Source: Bacteroidota bacterium (lineage in GTDB: Bacteria; Bacteroidota; Bacteroidia; Chitinophagales; JADIYW01). Taken from it: 64,000 bases of DNA. The stretch is taken from positions 11,051-75,050 of the forward strand of contig JAGQYE010000024.1 in assembly GCA_020436225.1 (NCBI GenBank), in the 5' to 3' direction. This document shows positions 27,401 through 35,478 of the stretch, piece by piece; within the stretch, counting starts at the first letter, position 1; the number at the start of each line of letters is the position of its first letter. The notes under the pieces are model-generated. The model had not been told where the DNA came from. It searched no databases and saw nothing but the letters and a program-made list of their open reading frames with translations. Position numbers and translations under genes: made by a program.

Positions 27401-28867
27401 ATGTCGTCCGGTATAATTCTGCTTTGCATACTTTTTTACTTTTTGTTATTAATTGGAATTGCCTATTTCACCGGTAAAAATGCCGATAGCGATTCTTATT
27501 TCATAGGCAACAAAAAATCGTTGTGGTTCGTTGTTGCATTTGGGCTCATCGGCGATTCACTTTCCGGTGTTACTTATATTTCTGTGCCGGGTTCAGTTAA
27601 TGGTGCTCAATTCAATTATTTCCAAATGGTGTTGGGTTATGTAATCGGCTATTGGGCAATTTCTTATGTATTATTGCCTTTGTATTACAAAATGCAATTA
27701 ACCTCCATCTACACCTATTTGCTCCATCGAATAGGAAGTGTTTCGCAACGAACCGGTGCATTTTTCTTCTTGTTATCCAGAATTATTGGCGCCGGAGCAC
27801 GTTTATATTTAGCCGCTATTGTGTTGCAACGCTTCGTATTTGAAGGCTTTGGCATTCCATTTCCGATTACGGTTTCCATTATTATTTTTCTGATGTTGCT
27901 TTATACTTATAAAGGAGGAATAAAAACGTTGGTTTGGACAGATATGTTGCAATCTTCCTTTTTATTATTAGGTGTGATTTTTTCCATCGTTTTTATTTGT
28001 AATCAATTGCATTTATCTTGGAGTGAACTAATTCCAACCATTAAAAATTCAGAGTATTCTCAAATATTTTTCTGGGATTGGAAAGCCGGAAATTATTTTT
28101 GGAAGCAATTTTTTGGTGGTGCGTTTATTGCCATTTGTATGACAGGTTTAGATCAAAATATGATGCAAAAAAATCTAAGCTGTAAGACCTTAGGCGAAGC
28201 ACAAAAAAACATTAATGCATTTAGCATCATCGTGGTCATTGTAAATTTATTATTCTTAAGCTTAGGTGCGTTATTGTATATTTATGCCAATAGTAAACAC
28301 ATCGCAATTCCTGAACGTGGTGATGAATTATTCCCGTTTTTGGCGTTCAACAATTTAGGTACTTTCGCCGGATTAGTTTTTGTTATTGGACTTACAGCTG
28401 CCACATTTAACAGCGCAGATTCTGTTCTTACCACATTGACTACATCTTTCTATATTGATTTTTTAAGAAAAGAAACTGACAATTCGGAAGCACACACCAA
28501 ATTAAGAATTTTAATTCACATTGGATTTGCTGTTGTTTTATTAATCACCGTATTATTGTTTGGTGCATTTACCGACCAATCGATGATATTTTTGGTGATG
28601 AGCATTGCAGCAATTACCTATGGCCCATTGTTAGGCTTATTCGCATTTGGCATTTTTACCAAACGAATTACAAATGATAAATTAGTACCGCTAATTAGCT
28701 TAATTAGTGCCGGTATTTGTACTTTCTTATTTTTAGCAACCAAGCATAAAGCAAGTTGGCTACATGGTTATGCATTTGGGCAAGAATTGCTTATAATAAA
28801 TGGATTGCTTACGTTTGCAGGTTTGTGGTTAGTAAGTACGCCTAAAAAAGAAGTAAAAAATATTTAA
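27401..28867 (+). CDS. Sodium:solute symporter (SSS) family transporter
   Basis: 488 aa and about 13 TM helices. GKNADSDSYFIGNKK near the N-terminus is typical of SSS. Confidence 0.85.
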   Translation: MSSGIILLCILFYFLLLIGIAYFTGKNADSDSYFIGNKKSLWFVVAFGLIGDSLSGVTYISVPGSVNGAQFNYFQMVLGYVIGYWAISYVLLPLYYKMQLTSIYTYLLHRIGSVSQRTGAFFFLLSRIIGAGARLYLAAIVLQRFVFEGFGIPFPITVSIIIFLMLLYTYKGGIKTLVWTDMLQSSFLLLGVIFSIVFICNQLHLSWSELIPTIKNSEYSQIFFWDWKAGNYFWKQFFGGAFIAICMTGLDQNMMQKNLSCKTLGEAQKNINAFSIIVVIVNLLFLSLGALLYIYANSKHIAIPERGDELFPFLAFNNLGTFAGLVFVIGLTAATFNSADSVLTTLTTSFYIDFLRKETDNSEAHTKLRILIHIGFAVVLLITVLLFGAFTDQSMIFLVMSIAAITYGPLLGLFAFGIFTKRITNDKLVPLISLISAGICTFLFLATKHKASWLHGYAFGQELLIINGLLTFAGLWLVSTPKKEVKNI

Positions 28868-28876
28868 TTTAGTTTT

Positions 28877-28907
28877 GTGCTCTTCGTTTCAGGAAAGCAC
28901 GTTTTTA
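28877..28907 (+). terminator. Rho-independent terminator
   Basis: GTGCTCTTC, 7-nt loop, GAAAGCAC, followed by GTTTTTATT. Confidence 0.6.
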
Positions 28908-28937
28908 TTGTATTATTTAATTTGATAAAAGAAAAAG

Positions 28938-29651
28938 ATGGCATTAGAAGATTTTAAAAAGAAGAAAGCCTATTACCAACGCAGTTGGACTCAGGTAAAT
29001 GCATCCAATAGTTGGAGTATGTTTCGCATTATGAGTGAATTTGTGGATGCGTATGATAAATTAGATAGAATAGGTCCTTGTATTTCTATTTTCGGTTCGG
29101 CGCGCACTAAGCCGGACAATCCCTATTACAAATTAGCAACCAGCGTTGCAGAACGTTTAGTGGAAGAAGGTTATGGCGTGATTACCGGTGGTGGCCCGGG
29201 CATTATGGAAGCAGGAAATTTAGGTGCACAAAATAAAGAAGGAAAATCAGTGGGTTTAAATATTGAACTGCCATTTGAACAAGGTCATAATCCATATATT
29301 GACCATGATAAGTTGATTTCACATCATTATTTCTTTGTAAGAAAAGTCGTGTTTGTAAAATATGCACAAGGATTCGTGTATTTGCCGGGTGGATTTGGAA
29401 CATTTGATGAGTTGTTTGAAGTGTTAACTTTAGTACAAACGAAAAAGATTGATCGAGTGCCTATCGTACTAATGGGCAAAGATTTTTGGAGTGGCATGTT
29501 AGATTGGTTAAGAAACGTTGTTTTAGAAAAACAACACAACATCAATAAAGATGATTTTAATTTATTTTTAGTTACCGATGATGTGGAAGAAGCGATAGTC
29601 TATATTAACCAATTTTATGAAGGACGTGATTTAGCGCCGAATTTCTCTTAA
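28938..29651 (+). CDS. LOG-family (TIGR00730) nucleotide/cytokinin riboside 5'-monophosphate phosphoribohydrolase-like protein
   Basis: GGGPGIMEA and PGGFGTFDELFE motifs. Confidence 0.88.
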   Translation: MALEDFKKKKAYYQRSWTQVNASNSWSMFRIMSEFVDAYDKLDRIGPCISIFGSARTKPDNPYYKLATSVAERLVEEGYGVITGGGPGIMEAGNLGAQNKEGKSVGLNIELPFEQGHNPYIDHDKLISHHYFFVRKVVFVKYAQGFVYLPGGFGTFDELFEVLTLVQTKKIDRVPIVLMGKDFWSGMLDWLRNVVLEKQHNINKDDFNLFLVTDDVEEAIVYINQFYEGRDLAPNFS

Positions 29652-29665
29652 TTAAAAACAAGCAT

Positions 29666-31063
29666 TTATGTTGGTTTAATGCTGCTTAAAGCAGCATTAA
29701 ACCATTCTATATCCGGCGTATTTTCGTCGAATGTAAATCCAATTATTTTTTCTTGCCTTTTGTATATATCTTTTAAAATATCTAACGACTTAGCTACATT
29801 GGTAAAATAAGTATGATGATAACCAACATCTGTTTTACGTTTAATATATGCTTTAAATGCGCGTAAGTGAATAGTAAAAGTTGGCATATCTCTTGTTTCA
29901 AACAAAATTTTAAGCACTAAATATTTGGCATTTAAATCCCATAAAACATCTTTAAACTCATTGGTCAAAAGCATTTCTAAAGATTTTTGTTTTTGTCCGT
30001 TTGCGTAAAGCAATTTCGCAGAATTATATTCTACCGTGTTCTTTTTATATTCCTTTGGAAGATAGATGGCATATTGTTGGATAAATTTCTGGATTGCTGC
30101 ATATTTTTTTAATTTGATACCTAATGAAACCGTGTTCGTAAATGTAAACCTACTGATTTCTTTATTCTCCATAATAAAACCATGCTCGATAGAATAGAGG
30201 TAGAGCTCAAATGCTTCTTTGGAATATTTGTGTACGTTTTGGTTTGATTTTTTCAAACAAAAATTAATGGCTAATAAATATAAATCGCGTAAATCCTGCA
30301 TATCAAATAAGGCATTGTTGGATTTTAGATGTTTTATTAACTTTCTATATGCTTGTTCACTTTCATCTCTAATTACCAAAAAAATATTATAATAAATCTG
30401 CACCACCATATCATTTTTGAACAATGGATTAGACATTAATGCTAATACATTTTCCTGCATATAGTTTTGCATTTTTAATTCTGATATTTTTTGAAGCGAT
30501 TGAATAACTCCGGCATACTTGATTGTTTCTACAACAAAAAATTTATTGAGATTATCTATAACATCTTGCAACTTAAAATCGCTGCTTCTATCATTTTTAG
30601 AATTCAATTGATAAAACAATGATGCATTATGAAAACGTTGAAGATAGTAAGAAGCACCTCTGGAAGATGTCTCTTCTAAAGCTACTATACTATCAGTGAT
30701 ATTCTCATTGGCATATTTAAACAACTCATGCTGTGTATAGTATTGTGTTAAAATTCGATTTCGATATGTTGCATTTTTTTTTAAACTATTATACACAATA
30801 AAATCTTCCATAATTTCTGTTGTTAGCCAAATGAGATGTCGAATGCGCAAATCGTTGAATGGTGTATTTGGATATAGATATTCATGCACTTTTTCTTTAC
30901 TGACTGTTTTAGGCGTTAAGGCAGCTTTGCTATCAATAAATTCAAAAAAACGTATAATATCCTCATTTTTATTGACAAAATCAGACTTTATCCACCTTCT
31001 TAATTTTCTTCTTTCATCAGCGTAAAGTCTTGATAATATTTGTATTAACTTTGTTGAATACAT
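29666..31063 (-). CDS. Hypothetical all-helical (TPR-like) cytoplasmic protein
   Basis: 465-aa ORF with no signal peptide and no catalytic motif recognised. Confidence 0.65.
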   Translation of the reverse strand: MYSTKLIQILSRLYADERRKLRRWIKSDFVNKNEDIIRFFEFIDSKAALTPKTVSKEKVHEYLYPNTPFNDLRIRHLIWLTTEIMEDFIVYNSLKKNATYRNRILTQYYTQHELFKYANENITDSIVALEETSSRGASYYLQRFHNASLFYQLNSKNDRSSDFKLQDVIDNLNKFFVVETIKYAGVIQSLQKISELKMQNYMQENVLALMSNPLFKNDMVVQIYYNIFLVIRDESEQAYRKLIKHLKSNNALFDMQDLRDLYLLAINFCLKKSNQNVHKYSKEAFELYLYSIEHGFIMENKEISRFTFTNTVSLGIKLKKYAAIQKFIQQYAIYLPKEYKKNTVEYNSAKLLYANGQKQKSLEMLLTNEFKDVLWDLNAKYLVLKILFETRDMPTFTIHLRAFKAYIKRKTDVGYHHTYFTNVAKSLDILKDIYKRQEKIIGFTFDENTPDIEWFNAALSSIKPT

Positions 31064-31099
31064 CTAAATAGTGTTTTATAAATTATCCATTTTTATTGA

Positions 31100-31121
31100 C
31101 AAACATAAAAATTTATGTCTG
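31100..31121. promoter_or_regulatory. Palindrome ACATAAA-AA-TTTATGT overlapping a minus-strand -7 box TATGTTTG (31107..31100)
   Basis: Read in the divergent spacer between 29666..31063 and 31175..31993. The box is 36 nt upstream of the ATG at 31063. Confidence 0.4.
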
Positions 31122-31174
31122 AAAAATAAAAAAAAAAGTATAAAATTAGTGTCGGAACTTAAAAGAGCTATCCC

Positions 31175-31993
31175 ATGGTAGTAAAAAATTGGAAGACGTT
31201 TTTTCTTTTCGCAAGCATCATATTGTTGTGTTTTATTTCCTGTTTAAAACCTACAGAAGATAAGCTAATTCGGCAATCTAATTTTGTTCGAGAAGACCAA
31301 ACAAACGGACGTATTGCAGGCAATAGTAATATAATTGAATCGACTAATTTTTATTATAACAAAGATGGAAACGTAGAACGCATTACTGTGTATAGTGATA
31401 CTACACCACAAGCTATTTTATTAAAAGAGCTCAACATGACGTATTTGAATAATCGCGTGTTAATCCGAGCTTATTTAGATACGATTGGAACAATAAATTA
31501 TGTGGTAAATTTTAACGATAAGAAACAAGTTACTTCAGTATTATTACCCGACAGTAGCGGCTTATTCATTTCTTATTTTGATGATAAGATTTCTTCAGTG
31601 TATGATTCGCCTAATCAAATTGATTATATCAATTTTATGTACGACAGCAATAATAATTTATTGCAATATGAAAGGAAAGAAAACAATGCCATCTCAGGAA
31701 AAGCCATTTTAGAATACTCAAATGAACCTATTAATGCAGAGTTTGATAGTAAGTTTTTATCTAAAGAAATAAAATTCATTTACGTTGGCGGTTTAGACTT
31801 TCTTACTAAACTTGGGTTAAACACCGGCTTAAGCGCACAAAACAAATTGATAAAACGAACTGAAATTATTTTACCTAGTTATCAAATCTACGAAACTTAT
31901 GATTATGGCTACACTTATAATTCTGATGGAAAAGTAATAAAACGAAATATTCGTTGGAGTACAGATACGCTTTTCTATCAATTCAAATATTAA
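31175..31993 (+). CDS. Hypothetical lipoprotein or secreted protein
   Basis: 272 aa with a hydrophobic leader ending ...LLCFISC (candidate lipobox Cys) and N/Y/D-rich beta-type sequence. Confidence 0.6.
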   Translation: MVVKNWKTFFLFASIILLCFISCLKPTEDKLIRQSNFVREDQTNGRIAGNSNIIESTNFYYNKDGNVERITVYSDTTPQAILLKELNMTYLNNRVLIRAYLDTIGTINYVVNFNDKKQVTSVLLPDSSGLFISYFDDKISSVYDSPNQIDYINFMYDSNNNLLQYERKENNAISGKAILEYSNEPINAEFDSKFLSKEIKFIYVGGLDFLTKLGLNTGLSAQNKLIKRTEIILPSYQIYETYDYGYTYNSDGKVIKRNIRWSTDTLFYQFKY

Positions 31994-32000
31994 TACAATA

Positions 32001-32072
32001 AAATTCGATAGATTTTCGAATTTCCATACTTTTAGTTCCAGAAGCCCCGATTTTTCGGGGCTTCATTTTTTT
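32001..32072 (+). terminator. Two tandem hairpins; the second is a strong Rho-independent terminator
   Basis: AAATTCGA/TCGAATTT (32001..32023), then GAAGCCCCG, 6-nt loop, CGGGGCTTC (32041..32064) plus a T-run that overlaps the MoxR stop codon. Confidence 0.8.
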
Positions 32073-32925
32073 AGAATCGTCTAAATGTATTTTGTCCGGC
32101 GCGTTTTACTTTAGCAATATGCTCGTAGTCTTGTTCATTCTTTAATAAAGATCCAAAATATGGCGGTTGATTATTTATATAATCTATCTTTTCCAAATCT
32201 TCTTTTGTATTCTTTCCCAATTTTAATAGACGAATCCAATCAATTAATTCTGATGTTGAAGGTTTCTTTTTAACGCCATGAATTTCTCGTAAACCATAAA
32301 AAACTTTCAAAGCTTCTTCCATCAACTTATCTTCCATATTTGGAAAATGTACGTTGATAATATCAATCATTGTGGCGCGTTCCGGAAATCGGATATAATG
32401 GAAAAAGCATCTACGCAAAAAAGCATCGGGCAATTCCTTTTCATTGTTAGATGTGATGATAACGATAGGTCTAGTTTTTGCTTTAATAGTTTGTTGTAAT
32501 TCGTAGCAATAAAATTCCATCTTATCTAACTCCAACAATAAATCGTTTGGAAATTCAATGTCGGCTTTGTCAATCTCGTCAATCAACAACACCGCTTGAT
32601 TTTCGCTTTCAAACGCTTGCCACATTTTCCCTTTGATGATATAATGTGCAATGTCGTTTACTTTGTCGTCGCCAAATTGAGAATCGCGCAAACGAGCTAC
32701 GGCATCGTACTCATATAAACCTTGTTGCGCTTGTGTAGTTGATTTGATATGCCATGTAAAAATAGGTTTGTTTAATGCTTTCGCCACCTCAAATGCCAAC
32801 ATAGTTTTGCCGGTTCCTGGCTCGCCTTTTATCAATAAAGGTTTTTCTAATGCAATCGCAGCATTTACGGCAAGTCGCAATTCATCTGTTGCTATATAAT
32901 TTTCTGTTCCTTTAAATTCTGTCAT
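32071..32925 (-). CDS. MoxR-class AAA+ ATPase (CoxD-like)
   Basis: Walker A GEPGTGKT, Walker B LLIDEIDKA and arginine-finger region LPDAFLRRC. 284 aa, single AAA module. Confidence 0.85.
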   Translation of the reverse strand: MTEFKGTENYIATDELRLAVNAAIALEKPLLIKGEPGTGKTMLAFEVAKALNKPIFTWHIKSTTQAQQGLYEYDAVARLRDSQFGDDKVNDIAHYIIKGKMWQAFESENQAVLLIDEIDKADIEFPNDLLLELDKMEFYCYELQQTIKAKTRPIVIITSNNEKELPDAFLRRCFFHYIRFPERATMIDIINVHFPNMEDKLMEEALKVFYGLREIHGVKKKPSTSELIDWIRLLKLGKNTKEDLEKIDYINNQPPYFGSLLKNEQDYEHIAKVKRAGQNTFRRF

Positions 32926-32950
32926 TGTTGTTTATTATTTATGAAGATTT

Positions 32951-34138
32951 TTAATGAATTATTTTTTTACTTTTTAATGTTTTCATGGCATTAGTCAAGC
33001 CGTCAATCGTCATTGGATACATTCTGTCTTTAAAAATTTCTTTGATAGCTTTAATGGTTGAAACGCCGTCCCAATAATATTCATTGGTTGGATTGAGCCA
33101 AACAATATTCGGAAATTTGGTTACAAAACGCTGCAACCAAGTAATGCCGGTTTCATCGTTATAATGTTCAACGCTTCCGCCAAGTGCCGTAAGTTCATAC
33201 GGCGACATCGTGGCGTCGCCAACAAAAATAACGCGATAATCTTGATTGAATTTATGCAAGATTTCAAACGTTGGAATTCTATCGTTATGCCGCAAATTAT
33301 TGTCTTTCCAAATGCTTTCGTACACGCAATTATGAAAATAAAAAAACTCTAAATGTTTCAATTCTGATTTAGCTGCAGAAAATAATTGCTCACACAACTC
33401 AATGTATGGATCCATAGAGCCGCCAACATCAAAAAACAACAACACTTTTACTCTGTTCTTTTTTGCCGGTTGCATTTCTATATCAAGATAACCGCCGTTT
33501 CTGCTTGTTTTTTCTATAGTTGTATGTAAATCTAATTCATCTTCAATACCTTCTCGTGTCAATATTCGTAGGCGTTTCAGCGCCAACTTAATATTCCTTG
33601 TATTCAATTCAACATCCGAAGCATAATTTTGAAAGGCTCGTTTTTCCCATATTTTTATGGCACTTCTACCGCCGCCTTTTCCACCGATGTTTACACCTTC
33701 CGGATTAAAACCACTATTTCCAAATGGCGAAGTGCCGCCTGTCCCTATCCATTTGTTGCCACCTTGATGTTTGCCTTTTTGTTCATCTAATAATTGCTTT
33801 AATCGTTCCATCACTTTATCTAAGCCACCCATTTTTTCTATCAAGGCTTTTTCTTCTTCCGTAAATAATCTATTCAATTCTTTTTCTAACCAATCATTTG
33901 GTATTTCTTTTTTCTCTGCTTCTTCCATTTCAATTCCATGAAAATAATTGCCAAACAATACATCGTATCTGTCTAAAAATTGTTCGTGTTTAATTAAGAT
34001 AGTTTTAGATAAAAAATAAAATTCTTCAACACTGAATGCCGTTACACGTTTATTTAAGGCTTCCAATAAATTCAAATATTCTCCGATGCTGACCGGCAAT
34101 CCTTCTTCTTTCAACAATAAAAAGAAATCGAGAAACAT
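32951..34138 (-). CDS. VWA domain protein (CoxE-like)
   Basis: 395 aa. The VWA core FFDVGGSMDPY is a MIDAS-like motif with Gly in place of the first Ser. 25 nt upstream of the MoxR gene. Confidence 0.75.
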   Translation of the reverse strand: MFLDFFLLLKEEGLPVSIGEYLNLLEALNKRVTAFSVEEFYFLSKTILIKHEQFLDRYDVLFGNYFHGIEMEEAEKKEIPNDWLEKELNRLFTEEEKALIEKMGGLDKVMERLKQLLDEQKGKHQGGNKWIGTGGTSPFGNSGFNPEGVNIGGKGGGRSAIKIWEKRAFQNYASDVELNTRNIKLALKRLRILTREGIEDELDLHTTIEKTSRNGGYLDIEMQPAKKNRVKVLLFFDVGGSMDPYIELCEQLFSAAKSELKHLEFFYFHNCVYESIWKDNNLRHNDRIPTFEILHKFNQDYRVIFVGDATMSPYELTALGGSVEHYNDETGITWLQRFVTKFPNIVWLNPTNEYYWDGVSTIKAIKEIFKDRMYPMTIDGLTNAMKTLKSKKIIH

Positions 34139-34217
34139 ATTGTAAAAGTAGCAAGTGAAATGTAATATGCATTAGTATTCTGATATTTTTTTTACATTTA
34201 TTCTAAAATGTGATTTT

Positions 34218-34742
34218 ATGAACGAGCAATTAATAAAAGATTATAAAGACATAGAAGTACTCAAACAAAAATATTTAGAACGTACTGCATCTTTGTCTGA
34301 CGAAATATTAAATAAAATTCCTAGCAACGGCGGTTGGAGTGTCGGGCAAGTTTTATATCATTGCGGATTTGCGGAGGATGGTATTATAAAAATAATCCAT
34401 AAAAATTTAGCAGAAAATAAAGTAAAACTCAAAAGCGATTTTTTAAGTATTCTACGAAGTAAACTTTTAGTCGTGTTCTTAAAGTCGCCACTAAAATTTA
34501 AAGCACCAAAAGTTGTGAGTTCAGTTCCTGAGCATGTCAGCTATGATGAAATGAAAAAATATTACAAGAAAAATTCTGTTGAGTTTCAAAAAATATTAAA
34601 TGAATTACCAAGTGATTTAGAAGATAAGTTTATCTTCAAACATCCGATTTTAGGCTTGTTTAATATTCAACAAACGCTCGATTTTTTGGGCGAACATTAT
34701 CAGCATCACGAGCGACAATTAGATGCTTTGTTAGGAAAATAA
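34218..34742 (+). CDS. DinB-family (four-helix bundle) protein
   Basis: 174 aa. GGWSVGQVLYHC...GEHYQHHERQL histidine pattern of the DinB/YfiT superfamily. Confidence 0.7.
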   Translation: MNEQLIKDYKDIEVLKQKYLERTASLSDEILNKIPSNGGWSVGQVLYHCGFAEDGIIKIIHKNLAENKVKLKSDFLSILRSKLLVVFLKSPLKFKAPKVVSSVPEHVSYDEMKKYYKKNSVEFQKILNELPSDLEDKFIFKHPILGLFNIQQTLDFLGEHYQHHERQLDALLGK

Positions 34743-35447
34743 ATTGTAACGAATAATACAATACAAAGCACGAAAAGCATCTTTCATACCAATTTTTTTG
34801 CCTTCATCATACGTTCTTCCGTAATAGGAAATGCCGACTTCGTAAATTCTAATTTTTGGAATTTTTGCAACTTTAGCGGTTACTTCAGGTTCGAAACCAA
34901 AACGATTTTCTTTTAAATCGATGCTTTGAATAATTTCTCTTCTGAACATTTTATAACAGGTTTCCATATCTGTTAAGTTGAGATTGGTAAACATATTTGA
35001 AATAAAAGTCAAAATTTTATTGCCTATAGTATGCCAGAAAAACAAGATACGATGCGGTCGTCCGCCCATGAAACGCGAACCGTAAACCACGTCAGCGAAA
35101 CCATCTAAAATTGGTTTCACTAACAAATTAAATTCGCTTGGGTCGTATTCCATATCGGCATCTTGCACGATAACAAAATCGCCGTTGGCATTTTGAAAAC
35201 CGGTTCGCAATGCCGCTCCTTTTCCTTGGTTTACTTCGTGCTTTTTATAGACAATATTGATTTCCGGATGTTGTTGTTGAAATGCTAAGATTTTATTTTC
35301 TGTATTATCTTGAGAGCAATCATTAACAACTACAATTTCTTTTTTCAAATCTTGAATTAATTGTACTTCGCATATTTTTTCAAGAATATGCTGAATGGTA
35401 TTTTCTTCGTTGTAAGCTGGAACAATTATGGATAGCGTTGCACTCAT
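34731..35447 (-). CDS. Family 2 glycosyltransferase (polyprenyl-phosphate sugar transferase-like)
   Basis: LSIIVPAYNEE...VVNDCSQD...VQDADMEYDP motifs. Confidence 0.88.
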   Translation of the reverse strand: MSATLSIIVPAYNEENTIQHILEKICEVQLIQDLKKEIVVVNDCSQDNTENKILAFQQQHPEINIVYKKHEVNQGKGAALRTGFQNANGDFVIVQDADMEYDPSEFNLLVKPILDGFADVVYGSRFMGGRPHRILFFWHTIGNKILTFISNMFTNLNLTDMETCYKMFRREIIQSIDLKENRFGFEPEVTAKVAKIPKIRIYEVGISYYGRTYDEGKKIGMKDAFRALYCIIRYNLFS

Positions 35448-35478
35448 TCATACAAAAATAAATAAATAAAACTTATGC

